Part shown: positions 49,233 through 64,000 of the stretch, one piece after another
How positions within the stretch are numbered: the stretch's first letter is position 1
How the letters are laid out: each line of letters begins with the position of its first letter
Assembly: GCA_964016885.1 (NCBI GenBank)
Contig: OZ024748.1
Span: 59,892,001 to 59,956,000, forward strand
DNA: 64,000 bases
Direction of reading: 5' to 3'
Origin: Eledone cirrhosa
Lineage: Eukaryota
Made by a program: the position numbers and the translations under genes
The notes under the pieces: model-generated
Database searches by the model: none
The model's input: only the letters and a program-made list of their open reading frames with translations
Told to the model about the DNA's origin: nothing

Positions 49233-50116
49233 GCATGTGTGTTTGTGTGTGTATTTTGTATTTGATTAGGTATATGTATATAATTTATATATGTATACAT
49301 ATGCACACACACGTATATATATATATGTATATATGTATGTATATATATATATACATATCCCTCAGAAAGTTTCCTCTTAAAGAAGTTCTTAATGAGCTTT
49401 AGCATGGCACTGTGACAAAGCTGGCCTTTTGAATTAAACATACAATCCATCAGAGACTATTCAGAGCAGTTTTCTTCAACCCAATTTCCCTGACAAGACT
49501 TGTGTCGACCCGAGGTTATGGAAGAAGTCACATACCTCGTGAGACTGAGATCGATAACCTATGATAGCGAAGTGAACTTATGCACAGTTCAGTCAGGTTG
49601 CGTTTATTACATAATTCTACAATTTGTATTTCACCGAAAAATCGATTTATAATGTCAGATGTTTCTTCAACGACTAATTTTATGCTTCATATTCGTTATA
49701 ATATAGATATTTCTATCATTAGCTGAAGGCCTGAACTCATAGAAAGGGTATACTCGATCGAATCGACTCCGTACCGAGTATATACCAGTGTAAGATTGAG
49801 TTAAGCGATTGAGAATACAAAACACTCCATGGCTGGGACGCCAGTCTATCACTATGTTGACTCTGAACTGTAAGCAATATTCATTTCTTTTAACCTTGAG
49901 TGGACTGGTGTCACTAAGTGTTACTCTTTCTGGGGATGACACCCACGGCCACACATATCTGGTACTGCATTTTATCGATATTAGATGGTTGAAAAACAGC
50001 ATTGACTTTCAACTCGACATGTAAAACGTATGCTGTTTTTGCCCGTCATGTAACAACTATATTTACTACACCACCATCTTATTCTGCATTTAATGCATAA
50101 TAATTATGAAGCATAT

Positions 50117-50495
50117 GCACTGGACAGGGCACATTATCTGTATGAATGCATTTCGACTGTCAAGTATTGTGTCTTAACAACTTAATTGACGGCTCTTCTT
50201 AAATGAGTAGTTGTTAAAATCGTTAGAAAGATCAGGTGAAGTGTATCCTCACAGCCTACGCAGATTATGCCACTGATATTGCGGGAATTACTGCTGATCA
50301 TAAAGTGTGGAGGATAGCAGTCGATGATGGTGTGCAACAGTTTTAAGTTGGACTCACTGGGCAACGAGATGTTCGAAGAGAAAATCACCACCATTGCCAA
50401 ATTATGTAGCCCAACAGTAACAATGTCTTCTTTTATCCAGTTCTAGCTTTTCCCCGGATCTGTTCACCATATGTTGGACTTGTATCATAGCTGCA
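50117..50495 (+). pseudogene. Decayed RTE LINE C-terminal region
   Basis: WTGHII.M..FRL, KDQVK.IL, DHKVWR.AV..G and RICSPYVGLVS motifs, with stops and frameshifts. Confidence 0.7.
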
Positions 50496-51173
50496 CGTTT
50501 ATTAGAGACGTGATCGATATATTTCATGAAGAAAACCGAGGTTGCAGCCTTACAACTTATGATTTACAAGAACAAGTAGCAGTAATAAGTAGGTCACTGA
50601 GGAGGTTGAGTAGGTTGAAACAATGTAGTGTATAATATTAGCATTCCAAGTAGATGTGAACACACTTCAGATGTATTTAAAGCACGATTACAATATCGAA
50701 TATGTAATAGTGATTACAGACAATCTATAGCGTATGGATAAATAATCAATCATAAATAGGTTATCTAATTGTCTTTTATCTAGGCTAACAACTCAATATT
50801 CTAATAAACAAACCAAAAGCAAGAATAATCTCTTCTTCATAAATATCATTGCTGATGTCTGATTACCAAAACGGACTATCGTATTACACGTAATTGACCA
50901 TAATGTATTAATTACGTTAAAAGATTTACCAATAAAATAATTCTGAAATAGAAAATTACATCTGCGAACAGAATGACGTCTTACATCTAGTTAAAACAAC
51001 TACAGATAGTATAGTGAAATGATATAAGAGCGACTGGGACATGATAGTCAATGTTAACCCCTCCATCTCTATCTCTCTCTCTCCCTCTCTATCTCTATCT
51101 CTATCTCTATCTCTCTCTCACACACACACACAAACGCACTCTCTCTCTCGTCTAGATATATTTTTTATTTATA

Positions 51174-51285
51174 GGAAAACAGTCATGACACCCGACTCTT
51201 TTCCTATTACCCACTCAACTACCCTAAGTATTGAGAACTCTAGTGCGTTATGGTCCACCTGGTATCTTACCACACCCTCTTTGTT
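51174..51285 (+). mobile_element. Diverged family E relative
   Basis: TTCCTATTACCCACTC..CCCTAAGTATTGAG..GTGCGTTATGGTCCACCTGG. Confidence 0.75.
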
Positions 51286-51406
51286 ATTTCTTTTATTTAT
51301 TTATCTCTCTCTATATATATATTTCAGTTTCTGTCTTTCTCCCACACTCATTCTGTCTGTCTCTGCCACGCATTCTCGACTCAAGAATTGTATTTGCCTA
51401 TCACCG

Positions 51407-51462
<56 letters not shown>

Positions 51463-51628
51463 TATATGATGTATACTAATTTTATGTATACTAATATTAA
51501 TTTCAATATATATGATAATATGAAGATTTGCATTTTCTTATTGTATAATTCTTCACATATATTTATTTAAAATCCCCACACACGCTCACACACATACATA
51601 TACACATATACACATACATGTGCCCCCG

Positions 51629-51680
<52 letters not shown>

Positions 51681-51863
51681 ACACACACACACACACACAC
51701 ATACATGTATATATATATATATATATACAAAATATAAAACAATCAAATCTTAGTTTAATACATTTAATTGCTGACAATTGTTCCTTCCAGACGAATGTCT
51801 GGAATCATCGGGGCATATACAACGTCTAAACTGGTAAACAGGTAATTAAAATCATACATATAT

Positions 51864-51918
<55 letters not shown>

Positions 51919-51920
51919 TA

Positions 51921-52525
51921 TGGTGGCTGCCAACTCGTTTTCGAGTACGGCCACTACTTTATATCCATGTAGGAGAATTCCTAGCGATGCACTGAACGAG
52001 TGTGACTTTTTAGTCCAGCCAGCGACTTGAAAACTCTGGTACAAACACTACACTTGTGACAATTTTTGACACATAGTGCTGGGCCCATGGTACCATTTGA
52101 CGACAAGTGCAGAGAGATCTCCAGATATAAAGCAATGCTTGTGCCGTGAAGCTTTTATAGTGAGCAAAGGCACTGCACAAAGCCAGTCCCACTCTCTTAA
52201 CCAAGATGATATTTACCAAAAAGGAGAACAAGTCAACATCATTGAATACCATCAGGGTTGCAGGTGTTATATCAGAGTTTTCCTTCTCCTAGAATTCTGC
52301 CTTGACAAAGGCTAAGGGGTCATCTCTCCCGGTGATTTTGGATGGCCATTGACACTTAAGAGCTCCTTTGCCCTTTGACAGGTTTTGTTTTTAGTCCTGC
52401 AGGATGTCCAAAGTCACCCTCCTCACCAAGAAACCTTGGTGGGGTTGCCAGTTTAGTCGCCGACGACCCGACCATGAGACAGGTTGCACTGGGATACATG
52501 TTACCAGTAGCACCAACTGATGACC
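51921..52525 (-). mobile_element. Family M, full length
   Basis: Reverse complement of 32435-33042. Confidence 0.9.
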
Positions 52526-52529
52526 ATAC

Positions 52530-52673
<144 letters not shown>

Positions 52674-53071
52674 GTATACTAGAACATGGCACTAAAGCGC
52701 TATCTAAGGTTTCAATGTCCAATTAAGACCATTTCTCAATGTTGTAAGGGCAATCAAATTTCTGGTTTAGGCCTGCTGCCTGATGACTAACAAATTTCAT
52801 CGCTCATACAGTCAGGTGAGATGGTCATAATTGGACTCTGAAAACGTAAATACCGCTTTTGATCCGTGTATAACCATGAATACTATAATATAATATCTCA
52901 GCTCACATTCCAGTTTGAAAACTGTTTTCTCTCTGTCCTTTTTCACATCCATTGATTGTTTTACTACGTATACATATAAATACATACATACATACATACA
53001 TATATACATACATACATACATGCATACACACATACACATACACACACACGCATATATATATATATACATAT

Positions 53072-53155
<84 letters not shown>

Positions 53156-53774
53156 CTATACACAGACACACACACCCACACACATACACACACATATATA
53201 TATATATCTGTATGTATCTGTGTGTATGTGTGTGTTTATATGTACGCACAGATGCGTACACGGAAGTGTTGATAGATATCAAACACTTGTCTATCAACAA
53301 TTTTTACACTTACATTAAACGACATTACTTTACTTTCCACAAAGTACGATATGCCTCATAAGTAATACCACAACGTAACAATATACACTCCATCGTAAAT
53401 TATTTGGATAAATGTTACCGATGAAGCTCAAAATCTCAGTACATCTTTCTGTAGTACATGGATAGAACTCCTTTCTCATTCGTCAATCCACTGCTAGAAC
53501 TAGAAACAGAGATACAAATTCAGCAATATTAGTTTCGTATTCAGGTTAACTAGGGTGTGACCATCGCCATATATTTTTGCTTACTCGCATATTTACAACA
53601 ACATTTTGTATACACATTCATTAGCCATGTAAACACCCATTTTCGATTCCTTATTATTTATCAATATGATGAGCAATACTCCGTCGGTATCGATGATGGA
53701 ACATCTGTTGTTTGATCAACTGAAAATCCGTCTCGTGAATTATGCGCTTAAATCGTTTCTCGCGACCCAACGTC

Positions 53775-53895
53775 GCTCACAAGCTTTGGGTCGATTTGAG
53801 GCTGTAGTAAAAAAACCTTGCACACGTTTCCACGCTGTGGATTAGAACCGACAACTTCAAGATTGCGAAACAAAATACTTATCCTGTCAGCCCTC
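53775..53895 (-). mobile_element. Old SINE remnant (related pieces at about 36870-36950 and 49490-49580)
   Basis: Shared degenerate GTCG...GAGGCTATAG..GAAGACAC..GC..AAGG motif plus a tRNA-like head. Confidence 0.4.
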
Positions 53896-54530
53896 AGGCA
53901 TCTACCCCTATCGGTGTACATTTACAAATACAAAACATTTGTTATTTAGATTCGCAATATGCCAGCTAGATACGAATAACCACTGTTAAATCCCCAAGAT
54001 GGAAGGTTTCAATGTCAACGTTTATAGAAAACATATATTTCTGTAAGTTATACAAAGTTAAGTGAAGGTAAAGAAAAGCCGACCTCCATTAGATTCGACG
54101 ATGAGTGTATATTCTACACGTTAAGTCAACAGAATGGCGTACTCGTTAAATTAACGGGTAAAATGATTGTGTATTCTGCAGACAAGTGTACTCTTTGACC
54201 TCTCATAAGATATATCGAAATATAAAATAAGAAAAAATAAGAAGGATTTATCTTAATTGTCTGAATGGAACAATTCCAAATGTTTATTTGGAAGAACTAT
54301 AAAGACCTGTGAAACATGCATTTTAATAGCATAAAACACAAATAATAAAACGTGATAAATATTCTTTTCCATTATTATAAGAAATATGAAGATTGTTTCG
54401 GTTTTTCTTTGGGGATAGTGGTGGTTAAATAAGAGAAAGGAATTTATATAAATATACATACATATATATATATATGTATATGTATATATATATATATGTA
54501 TATATGTATATATATATATATATGTGTGTA

Positions 54531-54595
<65 letters not shown>

Positions 54596-54606
54596 ATATA
54601 TATATG

Positions 54607-54653
<47 letters not shown>

Positions 54654-54741
54654 ATATACATATATACTTATATACATATATATATATATACATATATATG
54701 TATATATATTATACATATATACATATATATACATATATATG

Positions 54742-54772
<31 letters not shown>

Positions 54773-54910
54773 GTGTATATATATATATGTATATATATAT
54801 ATGTATATATACATAGAGGTATATATATATATACATATATATATATAAGTATATATACATAGAGGTATATACATATATTTATATGTATATATATAAATAT
54901 ATATATATTT

Positions 54911-54943
<33 letters not shown>

Positions 54944-55047
54944 GCATATATAAATATACATATATATATATACATATATAAATATACATATATATATATA
55001 CATATATATATATAATTATGCATATATATATATGTATATGTATATGT

Positions 55048-55122
<75 letters not shown>

Positions 55123-55142
55123 ATCTGAGTTTTTCGAATATT

Positions 55143-55333
55143 AATAATTGTTTCTACTTTAGGCACAAGGCCAGCAATTACCCAGTGCATTACTGGTACT
55201 TTATTTTATCGACCCCGTAAGGATGAAAGGCAAAGTCAACCTCGGCGGGATTTGAACTCAGATCATAAAGGGACGTAACTATGCTGGAAAGCATGGCGTC
55301 CAACCCTCTACCAATACTGCCAATCCACCACCC
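55143..55333 (-). mobile_element. Nin-like tRNA SINE, short-tail subfamily
   Basis: Full head, core and tail, flanked by a direct repeat TTTTCGAATATTAATAAT (TSD-like). Confidence 0.9.
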
Positions 55334-55464
55334 TTTTCGAATATTAATAATAACATTCGATTTGTTTGCAATTATGCAAACAAGCCTCAATTCTATAGCC
55401 ATGTCAGTAGAATGAACACTTCATTCTTGCTCTTGTGTTGGCATGCGAACAGAACATATATATA

Positions 55465-55521
<57 letters not shown>

Positions 55522-55810
55522 ATATATATATACATATATATAAATATATTTATAAATATACATTTGTGTGCAGGTGTGTGTTCGTGTGTAGAACACAAAG
55601 AAAACGTGAGAGTAAATAAAATAACAAATGCATATGTTAATATACACTGAGACAATTAATTTTACTAATATTTTTTTTTTTTTTTTTTGTTCTTATATAC
55701 TATTTATTTCATGTAAAATATGAAAGTACATTGTATGGAGAAGACGGAAGACATATTCTTCACTATATTGTATGGCTGACGGGGAACAGAGTGTAAGAGA
55801 CATTATACAT

Positions 55811-55884
<74 letters not shown>

Positions 55885-55943
55885 TATATATGTATATATA
55901 TATATGTGTGTGTGAGTGTGTGTATGTGTGCGTGTGTGAGTGT

Positions 55944-55990
<47 letters not shown>

Positions 55991-56137
55991 TACGTATATA
56001 CCTATATATATACATATATATATATGAATATGTAAATATATATATATGTATATGTAGGTATATATATATATATACATATAAATATATATATATACATATA
56101 TACGTATATATATATATATAGAGAGTATCTTATTTTG

Positions 56138-56215
<78 letters not shown>

Positions 56216-56302
56216 ATATATATATGTAATTATATATATATATAGAGAGAGCATCTTATTTTGTTATATATATATATATATATATACATGTATATGTATA
56301 TG

Positions 56303-56363
<61 letters not shown>

Positions 56364-56429
56364 CTGTACATGTAGATGTAAATATATGTATATATATGTA
56401 TATGCATGTATATGTAAATATATATATAT

Positions 56430-56648
56430 AACGAAGGAAATGTGGTAAGGAACCAGGTGGATCATAGCGCACCAAAGTACTCAATACTTAGGGTAGTAGA
56501 GTGGGTAATAGGAACGAGTAGGACCCCGACGGCTGAGCTCAAGCCATTTCGACGGCTAATTCTGGACTAAAAATTTTTTTTTTTTTTCTATTAGTCCAGA
56601 ATTAGCCGTCGAAACGGCTTGAGCTCAGCCGTCGGGGCCTACTCGTTC
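56430..56648 (-). mobile_element. Family E fold-back element, full length
   Basis: Arms fold at GGACTAA-[A/T run]-TTAGTCC. Confidence 0.9.
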
Positions 56649-56651
56649 ATA

Positions 56652-56715
<64 letters not shown>

Positions 56716-56933
56716 AGTGTGCTTAAAAAAAATTTGAGATCGATGGTAATTAAAAAACAAGCATCTATCGGAAATAGACACGCTTTTGTACATATATATG
56801 TACAATATACACACGAATACAGACACTGGAAGATAAACACATGTATATGTATGTATGTATATATTGATTTATTTATATATATATATATGCATATATATAT
56901 ATGTATATATATTCATATATTTATTTATATATA

Positions 56934-56991
<58 letters not shown>

Positions 56992-57071
56992 TATATATAT
57001 ATATATGCATATATATACATATATGCATATATATATAATATATATATATTTATATATATATATATATATGT

Positions 57072-57243
<172 letters not shown>

Positions 57244-57730
57244 CTGATGGGCGAAATTAAACTTTATCTAAATAATTCATGATAAATATAAAATAAAATA
57301 TAGATATATAGACTGCCATAATATGTAATGACAAATGATAATATTTTAAAATAATTTGGAACTTTTTCATATATAATTATATATATATATAATTTAGAAT
57401 TCTTTAGAATCGTCGTATAACGATAATATATTTCGATTTTGTGAAAATAAAATATATTTTTAAAATATATAATGGATATTATGTTTACTAACTAATATTG
57501 CCTAACTGGAAGGTTGTATAGTGGACCCTGTGGTATCAATCATCGGGGATAATAAACCTCGTAGTAATGAACCCCATTTGCATTAAGTTTGTAACGTCTG
57601 ACATCTTTTCAACGAAAGATTTCCTCACAGAAACAACGAAATATATCTAAGGGTACGTATTATCGTTTACACAAGTTGGGACCGTTTGTATATATATAAC
57701 AATGTTTAATGTTATTCATAATATAATATA

Positions 57731-57828
<98 letters not shown>

Positions 57829-57852
57829 CACACATATATATATATATATATA

Positions 57853-58235
57853 TAGAAAATATGAATATAAAATGAAAGTGCTTTTTTTAAAAGAGGAACT
57901 TATTAGGTATTGGCATATGTTTCTGTAACAAACGGAATACCTATGTATAATCAGTTGTCACTTCTTCAGAAGAAGTGACAACTGATTATACATTTGCTAT
58001 CGAATACTTGCTAACATTATATGATTACGCAAGCAGCGATACATAGGTATTCCGTTTTATACAGAAACATATGCCAATACCTAATAAATTCCTCTTTTAA
58101 AAAAAGCACTTTCATTTTATATTCATCTTTTCTACATTTTCTCCGGAATATAATTCATACTCGTTGAGCAAACCTACACGTACGCTGTTCATCTCTAACG
58201 TAACGATATATTATCACTACATTATTAATAACCTG

Positions 58236-58240
<5 letters not shown>
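57853..58240 (+). mobile_element. Family I fold-back element with degenerate hammerhead (57907-57971, minus)
   Basis: Inverted arms and a tail. Minus strand CTGAAGA-a-gtgacaa..ttgttac-a-GAAA-CATATG-CC; the fold is centred on the CTGAAGA core. Confidence 0.8.
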
Positions 58241-58283
<43 letters not shown>

Positions 58284-58622
58284 AACTCATATATTTCCAT
58301 TAAAGATATTTAAACTATGGATTTTTAAAATGTTTTAATATTTTCATTTGTTTAAATTATTATTACAATGTCATATCTTGTAATATTATCGTATTTTACT
58401 CATCATATGCCTCTAGTTTCATTGATAATTTATGATTTATTAGTAGCTAAAGGGGTGCTTTGTATATTGGCGTTCGGTACTGATCGAGGTTTTGGAAAGA
58501 AATCTCGCTAGAAACACATTTTCTTGAACGTGGAAACGAATGAGTTTATGGAATGAATTAGATTCGTTACCAAAGGGTCAACTGTAAATCCTTGTTTATG
58601 GTCTCAATATATATATACAGTG

Positions 58623-58712
<90 letters not shown>

Positions 58713-58918
58713 TGAAATAAATAGACTGCACGTATAGGATGTAATGGTAGCTGCTATGAAGAATTTATTTAAAATAGTTCCATTAATCTCACTCCAACAA
58801 CATAAATGCAGAGTTAGTTCCCTTGTTTTAAAGCTGGAAATATGTATAAAATATTCCCCAAATTTTTAAATTGATGATTAATCTTGAAAAGAAAAACTCG
58901 TAAAATAAGTAGGTATGC

Positions 58919-58985
<67 letters not shown>

Positions 58986-59116
58986 CATACATATGCATAT
59001 ATATATATATATATATACACATATAAACATATACATGTATGTATGCATGTATATATATATATTTATACATACATACATGTACATGTTTATATGTATATAT
59101 GTTTATATATACACAC

Positions 59117-59154
<38 letters not shown>

Positions 59155-59514
59155 GTAAGCACGTGTGAATTAGAATACGGTGGTGATTGAACATTTTGAA
59201 ATGAGAATTAAAAGCTGTCACTCTATACTGACAACTATAGAATTTAGTCTAATACCAGGGCATATGAACCTCCATTTTGTTTTCCTTACGATGTTTCATA
59301 TGCGCTAATAAACTATTTTCTGTAGGAAATTTACAGTGGAAGCTTCTCATTCTATTTTCAAAATATAGTATATATATATATTTTAATATTCCTTTGATGA
59401 TTTAAAATATATTTTCATTTAAATATAATGTATTTGATACGTGTTTTGATTGTAGAGTGTTTACACGTATGTAACTAGGACCAGTTAATCTGATGGAAGG
59501 AGTTTCTGTTAAAT

Positions 59515-59550
59515 TGATTATTATTATCATTATTATTATTATTATTGTTA

Positions 59551-59595
<45 letters not shown>

Positions 59596-59622
59596 TCATT
59601 ATTATTATTATTATTATTATTA

Positions 59623-59668
<46 letters not shown>

Positions 59669-59954
59669 GTCCTCCCTCAGGATTCAGCTTAATTCCTTGT
59701 TTAGTCGAGATAGTGGAGCACATCCAGTGGACTTATGTATCATGACGCTTTATACTTATTTTTTTATCCGTATATATAATAACTTTTATCCGTATATATG
59801 ATAACTTTCGTATCGTATTAGCTGTTGTTCCAAGCAAACAGGATTTCTGGAACCATTATCATTGTTATTAATATCTGGTGCGTTACCACTGCATTAGCGA
59901 CTCTGCTGTTTGCGCCTTGTGAATGTGCAGTGTGGTTTTTCTTGGTGTTTTTTC

Positions 59955-60008
<54 letters not shown>

Positions 60009-60095
60009 CATCATTCTTGTTGTTGTTATCATCATCATTATCTCCATCGTCGTCGTCAACATCATGGTCATCATCCTCATCATAATCATCACCAT
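59515..60095. repeat. (TAT)n / (CAT)n microsatellites with unique spacers
   Basis: Direct inspection. Confidence 0.85.
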
Positions 60096-60520
60096 ATTTC
60101 ATACTTTTTGAAAAAGCCCAGCTTTTTACTAAAATGAATAATTCTTAAATAATAAAATAAAATCACCCAAAATTTCATTTAAGATCATTTCATAATGAAC
60201 AATTTGTTTGTTATTCATGATATATGTTTCATAATAATAACAATAATTTAGATTAAAGAAATTGGCAAAAATGAACCAGGTATATATCTACCACATATAA
60301 TTTACAACCAATTCTACAACCAATTCTAGATTGTGTAACATGACACACATTCACATGAAGCAAGAAAAAAAAACATAGCAAAAATATGAACCACTGTTAA
60401 TCGCCAGAAAAATTACAAAAAAATATTTTTGTTTTATAGGGAGAAAATTTAAAAACAAAAATATTTCATTTTTTTTTCTCTCTCAAAAAAGGTAAATGGC
60501 GATCCTTGCTTATTTCAAAC

Positions 60521-60551
<31 letters not shown>

Positions 60552-60945
60552 TAACAATAATAATAATAACAATAATAATAATAATAATAATAATAAACTG
60601 TAATATAATTCAAAATAAGTTGTAATAATTCCAGATTTTTTATTATACAGATTCAATTTGTGTATTTCGTTAATGGAAAATTAAACTGAAGAAGTTGCTT
60701 ATTTATCTATTGAAATCGATCTAGAATTATATCGATATTTTTCTCTCTTGTGTTTTTCTTTCGAAGTGATCAAAAGAACTGACTTATAAACGATCAATAT
60801 ATTTATTAAAGTTTTCATGAAAAAATGTTAGTGTTAATCTGTTAATATACTGCAAAAAAAAAAAGAGGAAAAAAATGATTCAAAATGAACTATTTCTATA
60901 TTGAATTTTTAACCATAATGATTACATTCACAAATAGGTATACAT

Positions 60946-61018
<73 letters not shown>

Positions 61019-61073
61019 AATATATATATACTTATGTACATACTTATATAATTATGCTTATATACATACATAC

Positions 61074-61104
<31 letters not shown>

Positions 61105-61162
61105 CTTATACACACACACATATATATATATATACTTATGTACATACTTATATATTTATACC

Positions 61163-61225
<63 letters not shown>

Positions 61226-61251
61226 TTATATACTTATATATATATATACTT

Positions 61252-61294
<43 letters not shown>

Positions 61295-61299
<5 letters not shown>

Positions 61300-61705
61300 A
61301 AATCCGATTGCATGGTATAAAATTCCAATCATTTTAATGACGACACATGTTTCAATAAGAGATAGATCGATAATCACTGATCTCGTCAGGTGAAAATGAA
61401 TTGTCTTCAAATCCTTGATATGAGGGAGAACATTTAACGATGTTCTCTCATCGTTAAATGTTCTCCCTCATATCAAGGATTTGAAGACAATTCATTTTCA
61501 CCTGACGAGATCAGTGATAATCGATCATGGCCGCACGATCGATCTATCTCTTATTGAAACATGTGTCGTGATTAAAATGATTGGAAATTTATACCGTGCC
61601 TTCGAATTTTTACTTTGATACAAATACTCCGTGGAGAAATTAATATTGCTAACAAAAGTTTATTGGACCGTATGACACAACCAATAATACACCTTACTAT
61701 ATAAC

Positions 61706-61710
<5 letters not shown>
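61295..61710 (+). mobile_element. Family F fold-back element
   Basis: Inverted arms 61313-61442 and 61449-61597, tail to 61710, (TA)n flanks. Confidence 0.9.
61498..61571 (+). ncRNA. Type I hammerhead ribozyme motif with GUC site (family F)
   Basis: tcac-CTGACGA-gatcagtgata atcgatc..gatcgat ctatctcttatt-GAAA-CATGTG-TC-gtga. Confidence 0.8.
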
Positions 61711-61757
<47 letters not shown>

Positions 61758-61774
61758 TTATATACATATATACT

Positions 61775-61814
<40 letters not shown>

Positions 61815-61843
61815 CTTATATACATATATACATATATATATAC

Positions 61844-61921
<78 letters not shown>

Positions 61922-62062
61922 ATATATATATATATACTTTTACAAAAATATATACACACACAGCGTCACACCCTCACACACATATGGTTTAGGCTTGGCG
62001 ATCGTAGCAGTCTTACGAAAGAGGGAGTACTGGATATATATAATGAAGTATTCTTTATTATA

Positions 62063-62270
62063 CAGGATGTCCTTAAAGTCTGGAGTCCTCTGGGACAACG
62101 TATATTAAAACCATCTTCTATCTGTCGATATGACCATCCTTCAGGTCCAATGATAACTACCTGTACAAACTTTAATTCTTTCGACAAAATCATATTGAAT
62201 CTGTGGGGCAAAACATTTATAGTTAGTTATAGTGATATTTCCTATGTGTCCAGACTTTAGAGATACCCTG
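62063..62270. mobile_element. Tc1/mariner-type MITE
   Basis: TIRs CAGGATGTCCTTAAAGTCTGGA / TCCAGACTTTAGAGATACCCTG, with TA on both sides. Confidence 0.8.
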
Positions 62271-62706
62271 TAGATCGTTTTCAAATTCTCAAAGCGTGAC
62301 CACAATGTTTCAGCAAAGACAGCATTCGCTCCGTTGTAGCAAAGTATGTGATCTCTAAATCCTAGAGAACACGGCGTTTGCTGAAACGTCGTTACCATGT
62401 TGTGAGAATGTGATATATATATGTATACACAACCACACACACACACTCACTCACACTAACACATACACCCACACACTCACGTATATATACATATATATAT
62501 ATACATATAGGTTTATAAATATATTCATATATATAAATGTATTTATACCCCCTCCCCACACACACATATATATATATGTATATATATATATGTATATATA
62601 TATATGTATATATATATATGTATATATATATATGTATATATATATATGTATATATATATATATGTATATATATATATGTATATATATATATGTATATATA
62701 TATATG

Positions 62707-62738
<32 letters not shown>

Positions 62739-62786
62739 TATACGTATATGTATATATATGTATATGTATAGATGTATATGTATGTA

Positions 62787-62845
<59 letters not shown>

Positions 62846-62943
62846 ATATATATATATGTATATGTATATATGTTTATGTATGTATATACATGCATATACA
62901 TGTATATACATGCATATACATATATATATGTATGTATGTATAT

Positions 62944-62986
<43 letters not shown>

Positions 62987-63214
62987 GAAATTAAGTATAT
63001 AGCGAATAATTTTGAGCAAATATAAATATCATATTCCATTTTAGCGTAATTAGAAAATCAACGAAGTAGCTAGGTTTCCCCGTGGTTGTGAGATCTTATG
63101 AAAATAACATAAGAAAACTCACAGCAAATAATATTTCATGAGCGAAACATTCAAGCAACCGTCTTTGATGTCGAATAGTAAATATTCTAGCACAACACTA
63201 ACACAAACATGTAT

Positions 63215-63247
<33 letters not shown>

Positions 63248-63295
63248 CCTATATACATATATACATACATACATACACACACACACACACTCATG

Positions 63296-63396
<101 letters not shown>

Positions 63397-63629
63397 CATA
63401 TATATATAATATATATAAATATATGTATATATATATATACACATGTGTATAGCAGACATAAACATAACGTCGTTATTTAGTTATTACTAAAAATAATGAG
63501 CTGAAATATCGAGAATAAACAATATATTTTCACACATACTCCCGAACGAACACTCATACATACACACAATCTAACACACACACACACACACACACACATT
63601 CATACATAGATACATTCATACATACAAAC

Positions 63630-63732
63630 ATATGTTTAACCATACATATTCTCTCGTACACAACTTCACATATACATACATACGTTTAACCATACATATT
63701 CTTTGGTACATAACTTCACATATACATACATA
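63630..63732. repeat. ~50-bp tandem duplication
   Basis: GTTTAACCATACATATTCT..GTACA.AACTTCACATATACATACATA x2. Confidence 0.8.
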
Positions 63733-64000
63733 GTTTGGAAGTTTCCTAGATTAGCACCTGAAATTATTTAGTGAAAATAACCCCGTGTTATTTAAGGTGG
63801 TTCATGGTAGACCTAATTAGTCAAAACAGTTATGGGGACGTTTCTGATAATGGAGACGAAAGGAAAAACATCGTTACTGCATTATTATGGACGATGTTCT
63901 ACAATTCTAAATATATCTATATGATATCTTTTTTTCTCTCTTTCCCTCTCTCTATATATAAAAATATGTATATCACCTTACAGTCAGCAGTTAATTGCGT

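Noticed and set aside
52780-52850. CTGATGA...GAAA hammerhead-like match
   Set aside because: No supporting stem I or stem III pairing.
56118-56310. Short tandem duplications within TA-rich sequence (also about 47990-48320 and 61020-61260)
   Set aside because: Ordinary slippage or unequal exchange in microsatellites.
59475-60102. Asn/Asp-rich minus-strand ORFs
   Set aside because: Dominated by (AAT)n/(GAT)n, and the unique parts do not stay in one frame; a UTR or first exon cannot be excluded.

Overview
This is a very AT-rich, microsatellite-saturated eukaryotic window. Its repeat content (a tRNA/Nin-type SINE, RTE-tailed SINEs, (TA)n/(TACA)n/(CA)n seas) suggests a cephalopod, probably Octopus; that is inferred from repeat style. 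Nearly all ORFs in the track are translations of simple repeats and no host gene is confidently identifiable. A 200-N gap is flanked by a ~4.7-kb near-identical duplication (19001-23673 vs 23874-28615), most likely an uncollapsed haplotype overlap. Recognisable mobile DNA: about 20 tRNA-derived SINE copies (often in head-to-tail arrays), three Tc1/mariner-type MITEs, RTE, Tx1/L1-like and R4/Dong-like LINE fragments, and a 610-bp non-coding retroposon in (TGTA)n. The main result is that the short unique islands inside the (TA)n tracts are not random. They fall into at least 12 mutually dissimilar families sharing one architecture: (TA)n - inverted arm - fold-back junction - sense arm - unpaired 3' tail - (TA)n. 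Most carry a type I minimal hammerhead ribozyme (CUGANGA...GAAA-palindromic stem III-UH, with a pairing stem I), and many share tail motifs (TACTCC at the arm/tail boundary, GAGTRCT inside the tail). This looks like a diverse population of (TA)n-targeting, ribozyme-bearing Penelope-like retroelement ends or non-autonomous derivatives.
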